Shown piece after piece: positions 18,831 to 27,508 of a stretch of DNA of 64,000 nt. Location of the stretch: contig JBDREN010000049.1 of assembly GCA_043819795.1 (NCBI GenBank), positions 2,379 to 66,378 on the forward strand, read 5' to 3'. Numbering within the stretch: position 1 is the first letter of the stretch; the number at the start of each line of letters is the position of its first letter. This DNA is from Elusimicrobiota bacterium (GTDB lineage Bacteria > Elusimicrobiota > Elusimicrobia > UBA1565). A model generated the notes under the pieces. It was given only the letters and a program-made list of their open reading frames with translations. It ran no database searches and was not told where the DNA came from. A program made the translations under genes and the position numbers.

Positions 18831-19823
18831 TCACTTCCATCTGGCGCGCCAGCCCCGGGCGTCTATATGGACGAAGGGCGGGTGGCCGGGGTTTCTACGG
18901 TAGCGCGCCAGGCCGCCCGTCAGGCGGCTCAAGACCGGCTTCCCGAACAGCTCGTCGACCAGGCGGTGAAGGACGTCCGCGTCCCTCCAGTCGGACCTGC
19001 CGTCTCCGTTGAGATCGTCCATGTCGCCGTCTTTCGGCGACTGGTCGACGAAGATGTCCGCGCCCCCGCCCCAGAGATGCCTGCTGTGCTTGACCCGGCC
19101 GATCGCGCGGTTGTGGTGGGGGGTGCGGTAGCCGCTCATGATGTGGAAGGTGTCGGCCCGGTGCCCCTTTTTGTTGAGGGCTTCGAGCAGGAGCTCGAGC
19201 TTGAGCAATAGACGCTCCCGCAGCACGAGGTACTTGGGGAAACCGGACTTCTGCTTGCAGAGGAACTGTCCGAGCGAGAAGTGCGGCGAGACGGGGCGCG
19301 CCATGTTCTCGGCGGTCACCTCCACGAAGCCCGCGGGGGGCTTGTAGATGGGAAGGCCCCGGAAAGGCTTGGCCGGATACTCCCCGATGCGGTATCCGTT
19401 CAGGACTCCTTTGCTGACGCGTGAGTAAGGGACCATCACGAAGGCGTTCAGGAGGATGTCGTCCCCGGACTTCACGCGCGACACGCGGAGCGCGAAGGAG
19501 CCGTGCGTCGATGGGGCCTTCCAGACCCACTTCCGCGGCTCTTTGCGGACCACGTCCCCGGCCTCCGCCCACAGCGTGAACTCCTGCGCGTCCTCCCCGT
19601 CCAGCGCCTCGACGTCCAGACTCTCTCCCGGCAGCACGAATACCGCGAAGACCCGGTATGGGACCGGCTCGCCTTTGACCCTGACCACGAACCCGGCCCG
19701 GCCCGGATCGAAGGGGGGATCGGAGCCGGCCGAGATCGGCGCAGGACGAGACAGGGATGCGAGGACGCATACGACAGGCAGAAGCGGAAGCAGCCGCGAG
19801 CTTCGGCCGAGGCGGATGCTCAT
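18831..19823 (-). CDS. Peptidase M15A / DUF882 (MepK/YcbK-like cell-wall peptidase), exported
   Basis: Signal peptide. C-terminal M15-type block HIMSGYRTPHHNRAIGRVKHSRHLWGGGADIF...FVHIDARG. The 4-nt overlap (19820-19823) with the upstream L,D-transpeptidase gene indicates one operon. Confidence 0.8.
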   Translation of the reverse strand: MSIRLGRSSRLLPLLPVVCVLASLSRPAPISAGSDPPFDPGRAGFVVRVKGEPVPYRVFAVFVLPGESLDVEALDGEDAQEFTLWAEAGDVVRKEPRKWVWKAPSTHGSFALRVSRVKSGDDILLNAFVMVPYSRVSKGVLNGYRIGEYPAKPFRGLPIYKPPAGFVEVTAENMARPVSPHFSLGQFLCKQKSGFPKYLVLRERLLLKLELLLEALNKKGHRADTFHIMSGYRTPHHNRAIGRVKHSRHLWGGGADIFVDQSPKDGDMDDLNGDGRSDWRDADVLHRLVDELFGKPVLSRLTGGLARYRRNPGHPPFVHIDARGWRARWK

Positions 19824-21556
19824 GGCTCAGGCGGCGTCGAGAGTAGAGCCAGCGCGACGGCTTCGTCCCGTTCGTAGACGTCGCGCCGGAAGTGGACCGC
19901 GCCATCGCCTTCGGCCCACGCGGTCCAGTAGAGGAGATGGACCGGTATGGGCCGTGGAAGCCGCACCGTCCGCTCCTCGCCGGCCTCGATGGCGGCAAGG
20001 ATGCTCTCGCGGCTCCACGCGGGATCGTCCTCGAGCGCCCGCACGGCGAGCTCCAGGGGTCTCTCCACGCGGATGCAGCCCGAGCTGAACGTGCGCGTCC
20101 CTTCGGCGAACAGGCGTCTATCCGGCGTGTCGTGCAGGTAGACGCTGAACTCGTTCGGGAGCATGAATTTGATGCGGCCGAGGGCGTTGAGCGGGCCGGG
20201 CTCCTGCACGAGGCGGTACGGGAAGTCCTCCTCATTGAGGGAGGCCCAGCCGACGGAGTCCGGGTCCACCTCCACCGTCTCGCCCCCGCGGCTTTCATAG
20301 ACCCGCATCCGTTGGCGCTTCAGATAGCGAGGATCCCTTTGGATCTCCGGGAGCTTGTCCGCCACCGCGATGCTGCGCGGGACGTTCCATGAGGGGTTGA
20401 GCACCAGGTACGTCATCCTGTCGCTGAACATGGGAGTGCGCCGGTAGGCGCGGCCGATGATGACGCTCATCCTCAGCGCCTCACGGCCGTCTTCCTGCAT
20501 GCGCAGGCTGAAATCCGGGACATTGACCAGGATGTGCCGGTCCCCGAAGTCCTGCGGCATCCATCGCCACCGCTCCATGTTCACGACGATCTGCTGCGCC
20601 CGGCGCGCCGGGGATACGTTGATCTCCGCGATCGTCCGGGCGCCCGCCACCCCGTCCGCGTCGAGCCCGTGGCGCGCTTGGAAGCGGCGGACCGCCCGTT
20701 CCAGCTCTTCGTCATACAGTTCCGGCGCGGCCGTGCCGGTCCGCTCGATGTCGCCCAAGACCGCCAGCCTGCGGCGCAGCAGAGCGACCGCCGCCCGGCG
20801 GGCGCCGGGGCGCAGGACGGGCGCGGAGGGGATGGCCGTCCACTTGGTCCGCGAGCCCAGACTCCGGTAATGCGCCAGAGCCTCGCGCAGCTTCCAGTAT
20901 CCCGGATCCCTCGGCAGAAGGCCTCTAAGGGCGGCGGAGACCTCCCCCGACGCGAGCGCGTCCTCGAGCACCCTCTCGACGTCGCCTTCCCGCCCGTGGA
21001 CATGCCACTCGGCGTCCAGGGACTGCGGGTTCAGCCGGCCGGACAGGAGGTGCGACGCGTAGACCAGAAAGGCGTCCGTCATGAGGATGTCCGCTTCGGC
21101 CGCCATGTCCCGTGCCCGAGGGGATGCCGGGAGATTTTCGGGCGGCAAAGCCTCGATGGCGCTCAGGTGGTAGTCCTCGGGACGCAGCCCTTCCCGATCC
21201 GCATCGCGCAGGGCCGCGAGCAGCCGGCGTCCGCCCGCATTGAGGCCTCCCTCGGCGACCCACGCCGGCAGGAAGCCTCGCCGCTCATAGAAGGCGGGCA
21301 GGGCAAGCCTGGCGTGCACGCGCTCGTGCCGGGAGGATATCCTCGCGGGCAGGCCCGCGGTCTCGATACGGCGCCTTATCCCCTCGGCGACGCGCTGCTC
21401 CCGATCCGCCTGGGCGGCGGCCGGGACGCGGATCGCGCAGAGCGCGCCGAGGCACAGGCCGGCGAGGATGGCGCGGCGGCGCCCCATCTTCGAGGAGATC
21501 CCGGGGCAGGGAAGACGCCGCCGCCCGTCGGCGGGGTCACTGCGCGCGGCGGGCAT
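19820..21556 (-). CDS. L,D-transpeptidase, YcbB/LdtD-like (PG-binding + YkuD domains)
   Basis: PG_binding_1-like LERAVRRFQARHGLDADGVAGARTIAEINV. YkuD catalytic block VYLHDTPDRRLFAEGTRTFSSGCIRVERP. An alternative start at 21487 gives the signal peptide MGRRRAILAGLCLGALCAIRVPAAAQA. Confidence 0.85.
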   Translation of the reverse strand: MPAARSDPADGRRRLPCPGISSKMGRRRAILAGLCLGALCAIRVPAAAQADREQRVAEGIRRRIETAGLPARISSRHERVHARLALPAFYERRGFLPAWVAEGGLNAGGRRLLAALRDADREGLRPEDYHLSAIEALPPENLPASPRARDMAAEADILMTDAFLVYASHLLSGRLNPQSLDAEWHVHGREGDVERVLEDALASGEVSAALRGLLPRDPGYWKLREALAHYRSLGSRTKWTAIPSAPVLRPGARRAAVALLRRRLAVLGDIERTGTAAPELYDEELERAVRRFQARHGLDADGVAGARTIAEINVSPARRAQQIVVNMERWRWMPQDFGDRHILVNVPDFSLRMQEDGREALRMSVIIGRAYRRTPMFSDRMTYLVLNPSWNVPRSIAVADKLPEIQRDPRYLKRQRMRVYESRGGETVEVDPDSVGWASLNEEDFPYRLVQEPGPLNALGRIKFMLPNEFSVYLHDTPDRRLFAEGTRTFSSGCIRVERPLELAVRALEDDPAWSRESILAAIEAGEERTVRLPRPIPVHLLYWTAWAEGDGAVHFRRDVYERDEAVALALLSTPPEP

Positions 21557-21593
21557 GGCTCCTTTTGGGCCTCCGGATCACGCCGCCGGCGGC

Positions 21594-21977
21594 TCAGGAG
21601 GCGGATCGGGGCTTGAGCAAAAACTCGATCCGTGTCGTCAGATCGGCCGGGGAGAACGGCTTGGTGATCCAGGAGTCGCACCCGGCTGAGAGCCCTTTGA
21701 TGTATTCCTCGTCGTCGTGGAGCGCGGTCAAAAACAGGATGGGGATGTCCCGGCTCGACGCCCTGGCCCGGAGCTGCCGGCAGACGGATATGCCGTCCGG
21801 CCCCGGCATCATGACGTCGAGGATGATGAGGTCGGGCTCGAAATCCGAGACCGCCTCGTCGATGTCGTCCGCCATGTCGAGCGTGCTGACATCGTAGCGT
21901 CTTCCCAGGCATTCCTGGAGCATCGCGCGGACGCCGGGGTCGTCGTCCACGGCAAGTATTCTCTGTTTTGTCGCCAC
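21594..21977 (-). CDS. Single-domain response regulator (receiver only)
   Basis: GTG start with GAGGAGG 10 nt upstream. ILAVDDDP...DLIILDVMMPGPDG...ITKPF receiver motifs and no output domain. Confidence 0.85.
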   Translation of the reverse strand: MATKQRILAVDDDPGVRAMLQECLGRRYDVSTLDMADDIDEAVSDFEPDLIILDVMMPGPDGISVCRQLRARASSRDIPILFLTALHDDEEYIKGLSAGCDSWITKPFSPADLTTRIEFLLKPRSAS

Positions 21978-22144
21978 CGGGTGAGGACCTCCTCTCTGGA
22001 TATGTATACTACGGGGAGCTCAGAAGAAAGTTCCCGAAGGCGGGGCCCGAAAGCGACCAGGAGAGGGGCCCGTCGGGAAAGCGATGCCGGGAGGGGCCCA
22101 TGCCGGATAGGCGCTCCGCCCGTCTTGGAGAGGGAGATTAAGAC

Positions 22145-22687
22145 ATGGAAGCCGTAAACGCTTTGTTCGCCGGGCCGTGGGGACCCCTCATCATCTTCGC
22201 GCTCCGCATCTGCGACGTGTCGATCGCGACCATCCGGATGCTATTGATGATGCGGAGCGCGAAAATGATCGTGCCGATCCTCGCGTTCTTCGAGATCCTC
22301 ATCTGGATATTCGCGATAGGCAGCGCCATCAAGAACCTCAACAGCCCCTGGCATATCCTGGGCTACGCCGGAGGCTTCGCCACAGGGACCGTCGTGGGGA
22401 TGTGGATCGAGGAGAAGCTCGCCTACGGCTATGCCACGGCCCGCTTCATCTCGAAGAAATCCGGAGCCGAGCTGGGCGCGATCCTCAGGGAGAGGGGGTT
22501 CGGCGTCACCGAGCTCTCGGGCCGGGGCCGCGAGGGCGAGGTGGCCGTCTTCGTCAGCGTTGTCCGGCGCAAAGAGCTTGAGGACCTCGTAGCGGCGGCT
22601 CAGCAGGCGGACCCGGACATCTTCGTGACGGTCGAGGAAACGCGGTCGATCGCCCGGGGATGGCTGTTTCCCAGGAGACGGAAGTAA
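22145..22687 (+). CDS. UPF0316/DUF2179 family membrane protein
   Basis: Three N-terminal TM helices (LIIFALRICDVSIATIRMLLMMR..) followed by a soluble DUF2179-like domain (GFGVTELSGRGREGEVAVFVSVVRRKE). Confidence 0.7.
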   Translation: MEAVNALFAGPWGPLIIFALRICDVSIATIRMLLMMRSAKMIVPILAFFEILIWIFAIGSAIKNLNSPWHILGYAGGFATGTVVGMWIEEKLAYGYATARFISKKSGAELGAILRERGFGVTELSGRGREGEVAVFVSVVRRKELEDLVAAAQQADPDIFVTVEETRSIARGWLFPRRRK

Positions 22688-22893
22688 CGCGTGAAGGCGG
22701 TGAGGAAAGGGCGAATGCCTCTCAGGCTCGGGAACTATCTTGCCGGCGCTCCGTAATGTAAGGGACGACATATGAGGGCCGTTGCCGTGGCGAGAACAGC
22801 GGGGATACTGTCCGCGGGGGAGCGCTCCGATATGGGTGCGGCTCTCCCGCTGAGCCTCGCCGGGCGCTACGGGCGCGGCTGGTCCGGGACAAG

Positions 22894-24000
22894 ATGACGG
22901 ACCCCGGCCAGCCGGCGCAGGGCGACCCCGCCGCCTTCAACCCCCTCGACGGGGCCGAGGGGGATCCTTCCGTCTTCTGGGAGGAGGTCGCCGGACTCCG
23001 GAGAGTGGCCGCGGATCGCGCCGAGCCGCTGGAGCGCCGCCTCGAAGCCTTCGAGGACATTATGGAGTCCGAGGTCGGGGACACGTCGTTCTTGCGCGCC
23101 CGCAAGCTGGAGAGCGAGTTCTCCCTGCGCCAGATCTACCTCAAGTTCGAGGGGGGCAACCCCACCGGCACGCAGAAGGACCGCATCGCTTTCTCCCAGG
23201 TGCTCGACGCCATGCGCCGGGGCTTCGACGCCATCACCCTCGCCACCTGCGGGAACTACGGCGTCGCGGCCGCCCTCGCCGCCTCCATGTGCCGGCTGCG
23301 CTGCATCGTGTACGTCCCGGAGACCTACCGCCCGAGCCGGCTGGGCGAGATCCAGGATCTCGGCGCGGAGGTCGTGCGCGCCGGCGGGGACTACGAGGCG
23401 GCGGTGGCCCTTTCCAGCGAGCGCGCCGCCAAGGAGGAGCTCTACGACGCCAATCCAGGAGGCCAGAACACCCTGCTCCAGCTGCGGGCCTACGGGGAGA
23501 TCTCCTATGAGATCTACGACGAGCTGCGCGACGCTCCCGCCGCCGTGGCCGTGCCCGTGTCCAACGGCACCACCCTCGCCGGGATCTACAAGGGCTTCCT
23601 GAGCCTTTACCGCCGGGGCAAGACCTCCCGGATGCCCAGGCTCGTGGCCGGCTCGGCTTTCAACAAGAATCCCATCGTCCTGGCCTTCCGGAGGGGCAGG
23701 CCCGTCTGCGAGGACCTTCCTCCCCATGTGGTCCGGGAGTCCCGGGTCAACGAGCCGCTGATCAACTGGCATTCCAGCGACGGCGACCACGCGCTGGAAG
23801 CCCTCAGGAAGAGCCATGGCTGGGCGCACAACGCCACGGACCGGATGATGACCGACTTCTGCCGCCTGCTCCGCGAGAAGGAGGGCTACCACGTGCTGCC
23901 CGCCTCCACCGCGGGCCTCATCGCCCTGCTGGAGAGGAACAAAAGCGAGCGGCTCCCGAGCGACCGCTACGTGGCCGTCCTGACGGGTAAGAAGGCATGA
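22894..24000 (+). CDS. PLP-dependent enzyme, threonine-synthase-like (fold type II, PALP)
   Basis: LKFEGGNPTGTQKDRIAF (PLP-lysine motif), ATCGNYG, and the VSNGTTLAG glycine-rich phosphate loop. Confidence 0.75.
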   Translation: MTDPGQPAQGDPAAFNPLDGAEGDPSVFWEEVAGLRRVAADRAEPLERRLEAFEDIMESEVGDTSFLRARKLESEFSLRQIYLKFEGGNPTGTQKDRIAFSQVLDAMRRGFDAITLATCGNYGVAAALAASMCRLRCIVYVPETYRPSRLGEIQDLGAEVVRAGGDYEAAVALSSERAAKEELYDANPGGQNTLLQLRAYGEISYEIYDELRDAPAAVAVPVSNGTTLAGIYKGFLSLYRRGKTSRMPRLVAGSAFNKNPIVLAFRRGRPVCEDLPPHVVRESRVNEPLINWHSSDGDHALEALRKSHGWAHNATDRMMTDFCRLLREKEGYHVLPASTAGLIALLERNKSERLPSDRYVAVLTGKKA

Positions 24001-25091
24001 CCGGGTTTCCCGAGGGCCGCGCGGTCGTCTACTGCCAGGGAGCCTTCGCCACCCCCAACGGGAAGACGGCGCACGGGCTGGTCCGCTTCACGCGGCGCTA
24101 CGAGGTCCTCTCCGTCGTGGACGGTTCCTGCGCGGGGCGGGACGCCGGCGTGGTGCTGGACGGCAGGCATCGGGGCATCCCCGTCCTGGCGACCCTGGAG
24201 GAGGCCCTGAAGCACGGCAAAGACGCCGGCCGGCCGGCCACCCACCTGGTGGTCGGGCTCGCGCCCGACGGAGGCCGCCTGCCCCCTTCCGCCAAAGATG
24301 ACATGGCGGCGGCCATCCGGGCCGGGCTGCACGTGGACAGCGGGCTGCACGACTTCCTGAGCGAGGACCCGCTGCTGAGCCGGCTGGCCGCGGAGCGGGG
24401 GGTGCGGATCCGCGACGTGCGCAAGCCCCCGTCGCGCAACGAGCTGAGCTCCTTCAGCGGCCGCATCCGCCAAGTCCGCGCCCCGCGGCTCGCGGTGCTC
24501 GGCACGGACTCGGCGCTCGGCAAACGCACGACAGCCGTGCTCCTGACGGAGGCCCTCCGGGGGCTCGGCTGCAACGCGGAGTTCATCGGGACGGGGCAGA
24601 CGTCGTGGCTGCAGGGGGCGCGCCACTGCATCGTGCTGGATTCCATCATCAACGATTTCGTCGCGGGGGAGATCGAGCGCGTCGTCTGCCTCGCGGACGA
24701 GCGCGAGAACCCCGACGTGATCGTCATCGAGGGCCAGGGCAGCCTGCTCAACCCCGCCTATCCGGGGGGCTTCGAGATACTGGCCGCCGCGCGTCCGGAG
24801 CTGATCGTCCTGCAGCACGCCCCGGCCAGGACGCACTACGACGGCTTCCCGGACTGTCCGATGGACCCGCTCGACCGGCAGATCCAGGCGGTCGAGCTCA
24901 TCGGCAGGAGGCCGCCGGCGGCGATCACGCTCAACCACGAGGGATTGGACGAAGGCCGGATCCCGGCCGTCTGCGAGGATATCTCCCGGAGGACCGGCCT
25001 CCCCGTGTTCGACGTCCTGCTCCAGGGCGCGCAGCCGCTCGCCCGGAGGATCCTCTCCGAAGCCAAGTCGCTATGCCGGCCGTCCGCATGA
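23997..25091 (+). CDS. DUF1611 domain protein (DgcN-like)
   Basis: ATGA overlap with the upstream gene. N-terminal AVVYCQGAFATPNGKTAHGLVR, P-loop-like VLGTDSALGKRTTAVLL, IVIEGQGSLLNPAYPG. Confidence 0.75.
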   Translation: MTGFPEGRAVVYCQGAFATPNGKTAHGLVRFTRRYEVLSVVDGSCAGRDAGVVLDGRHRGIPVLATLEEALKHGKDAGRPATHLVVGLAPDGGRLPPSAKDDMAAAIRAGLHVDSGLHDFLSEDPLLSRLAAERGVRIRDVRKPPSRNELSSFSGRIRQVRAPRLAVLGTDSALGKRTTAVLLTEALRGLGCNAEFIGTGQTSWLQGARHCIVLDSIINDFVAGEIERVVCLADERENPDVIVIEGQGSLLNPAYPGGFEILAAARPELIVLQHAPARTHYDGFPDCPMDPLDRQIQAVELIGRRPPAAITLNHEGLDEGRIPAVCEDISRRTGLPVFDVLLQGAQPLARRILSEAKSLCRPSA

Positions 25092-25110
25092 CGGGGCAGG
25101 AGGTTTTAAG

Positions 25111-27492
25111 ATGACTTCTAGGGACGCGGCCGGCGACGCCCCTAAGCCGCGCCGCAGGGCCGGCGCCGAGCCTTCGAGCCATCTCGCCGCCCTGCTCTGT
25201 CTCGACGAGCTCCGGGTGGGCCCCCCCAGGCTCGAGCCCCGGAGACTGACGGTGCCCTATGCCGCGACCCGCGACGGCCGCGCCGAGAGCCTGGAGCTCG
25301 TCTACAAGTACGACGAGGACGTCTTCGACCCCGAGGACGAAGGCCACCGCAACCTGGCTTCCATGATCGGCGCCCAGGTGGCGCTGAACTACGGCCTGTT
25401 CTGCCGGGGCATCCGCTTCGACGGGACCTACTCGGAGGCGGACCGCCGGTTCATCGTGGAGATGGCCGAGAACACGGCGCGGGAGATCCTGGTAAAGAAG
25501 CTGCTCCAGCCGAACCCGTTCCTCGTGCCGGACTTCGCCCCGCTGCGGCCGGGGAAGCTCGATACGTACTCCCAGGCCCGAATCCGGTTCTCCTCCCCCG
25601 TGACGGGGGACCGTCAGGTGCCCTGGCAATCCTGGGAGACGAGCCACGAGCGGCTCGCGGTGCTCTCCAGCGGCGGCAAGGACAGCCTCCTGAGCTTCGG
25701 CCTGCTCCAGGAGCTCGGCCGGGAGACGCATCCCATCTTCATCAACGAGTCCGGCCGGCACTGGTTCACCGCGTTCAACGCCTTCAAGCGGTTCAAGGAG
25801 GATGTGCCCCTCACGGCCAAGGTCTGGACCAACGCGGACCAGATGTTCTCCTGGATGCTGCGGCGGCTGCCGTTCATCCGCCGGGACTTCTCCGAGGTGC
25901 GCTCCGACGACTACCCGATCCGTCTGTGGACGGTGGCCGTATTCCTGTTCGGCGCCCTTCCGCTCTTGCGCCGGCGCGGCATCGGCCGCCTCGTCATCGG
26001 CGACGAGTACGACACGACGCGCCGCAGGCGGCATCTCGGCATCCGGCACTACGACGGCCTTTTCGACCAGAGCCGCTACTTCGACAATTATGTGTCGCGC
26101 TACTTCCTGGGCAAGGGCTGGGCCGTGAGCCAGTTCTCCCTGCTGCGCCCCTTGTCCGAGCTTCTGGTCCAGAAGACGCTGGTCGAGCGCTATCCCGATC
26201 TCCAGAGGCTGCAGGTCTCCTGCCACGCCGCCCACATGCGGGAGGGGGCGGCGCGGCCCTGCGGCGGCTGCGAGAAGTGCCGCCGCGTGGTCGGGATGCT
26301 CCTGGCCGCGGACGCGGACCCCTCGCGCTGCGGCTACACCCCGGCGCAGGTCGAAAGCTGTCTCTCCCAGATGGGCAGCAAGGGCGTGCATCAGGAGGAA
26401 GCCTGCTGGCGGCACGTGCTGTTCCTGCTGCGATCCAAGGGGCTCCTCCGCCGGGAAGGGCCCCTGATCGCGCGGGCGGAGGAGAAGCCCGAGGCGCTCA
26501 GCCTGCGCTTCGACGGCGAACGCGCGCCCCTGGACGCCGTCCCCGTGGACCTGCGCCGCCCCCTCTACCGCATCCTCCTGGGCCACGCCGCGGGCGCGAT
26601 GAGGCGGGTGGAGCGGCGCTGGGCGCCCTTCGACCTGCTGGCCGACCGCGGTCTCGCGAAGACCTACCCCTTCGAGTTCGAGACCAAGCGTCAGCCGGGG
26701 GAAGGCGCTCCCCGCAGCTATCTTTACGGCGAGCTGACCTGGCCCGAGATGACGGAGAGGCTGCGGAAGGTCGACCTCGCCCTCCTCCCCGTGGGCGCGA
26801 TCGAGCAGCACGGGCCGCACCTGCCGCTCGACACCGACGCATTCGACGCCGCCTACCTGGCGAGCCGGGTCGCCGAGGCGTGCGGCAAGCCCCAGCCCCT
26901 GGTCCTTCCGGGCATCCCATACGGCGTCTCGTATCACCACGACGAATTCAAGGGCACCGTGAGCATCCGGAACGGCACGCTCTCCGGCCTCGTCTACGAC
27001 GTCGGCATGAGCCTGGCCCGCAACGGCATCCGGAAGCTCGTCATCATCAACGGCCACGGCGGGAACAGCCCGGCGCTCAACTACGCCGCGCAGATGATCA
27101 ACCGCGACGCCCGCATCTTCGTCTGCGTCGATACCGGCGAGACCAGCGACGTGGACATCAACGAGCTGATCGAGACGCCCAACGACGTGCACGCCGGCGA
27201 GATCGAGACCAGCACGGCCCTGGCGGTCCGGCCGGAGCTGGTCCGGATGCGCCTGGCCAAGCGCTCCGTCCCGAGGTTCTCCAGCCGCTATCTCGACTTC
27301 AGCTCGAAGCGCAGCATCTCCTGGCACGCCCACACCAAAAGGATCTCCGAGAGCGGCGTGATGGGCGACCCCACGCGCGCGAGCCGGGAGAAGGGCCGGC
27401 GTATCTGGGAGATCATGGTCGCCCACCTGGTCAACCTGGTGGAGGAGCTGAAATCCTTGAGCCTCGAAGAGATATGCCAGCGCCGCTACTGA
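25111..27492 (+). CDS. Fusion protein: PP-loop ATP pyrophosphatase-like domain + creatininase-family amidohydrolase domain
   Basis: SGGKDS PP-loop at 25669-25686 (LAVLSSGGKDSLLSFG) and a CGGCEKC motif in the N-terminal half. The C-terminal ~250 aa carry creatininase blocks LPVGAIEQHGPHLPLDTD, INGHGGN, HAGEIETS. Confidence 0.75.
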   Translation: MTSRDAAGDAPKPRRRAGAEPSSHLAALLCLDELRVGPPRLEPRRLTVPYAATRDGRAESLELVYKYDEDVFDPEDEGHRNLASMIGAQVALNYGLFCRGIRFDGTYSEADRRFIVEMAENTAREILVKKLLQPNPFLVPDFAPLRPGKLDTYSQARIRFSSPVTGDRQVPWQSWETSHERLAVLSSGGKDSLLSFGLLQELGRETHPIFINESGRHWFTAFNAFKRFKEDVPLTAKVWTNADQMFSWMLRRLPFIRRDFSEVRSDDYPIRLWTVAVFLFGALPLLRRRGIGRLVIGDEYDTTRRRRHLGIRHYDGLFDQSRYFDNYVSRYFLGKGWAVSQFSLLRPLSELLVQKTLVERYPDLQRLQVSCHAAHMREGAARPCGGCEKCRRVVGMLLAADADPSRCGYTPAQVESCLSQMGSKGVHQEEACWRHVLFLLRSKGLLRREGPLIARAEEKPEALSLRFDGERAPLDAVPVDLRRPLYRILLGHAAGAMRRVERRWAPFDLLADRGLAKTYPFEFETKRQPGEGAPRSYLYGELTWPEMTERLRKVDLALLPVGAIEQHGPHLPLDTDAFDAAYLASRVAEACGKPQPLVLPGIPYGVSYHHDEFKGTVSIRNGTLSGLVYDVGMSLARNGIRKLVIINGHGGNSPALNYAAQMINRDARIFVCVDTGETSDVDINELIETPNDVHAGEIETSTALAVRPELVRMRLAKRSVPRFSSRYLDFSSKRSISWHAHTKRISESGVMGDPTRASREKGRRIWEIMVAHLVNLVEELKSLSLEEICQRRY

Positions 27493-27508
27493 GCCGGCCG
27501 GGGCCGCG

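Noticed and set aside
22688-22893. Possible riboswitch or leader upstream of the PLP/DUF1611 operon, with the hairpin GGGAGCGC..GCGGCTCCC around 22825-22860.
   Set aside because: Only a generic GC hairpin is present. I recognised no match to TPP, SAM, glycine, lysine or preQ1 cores.
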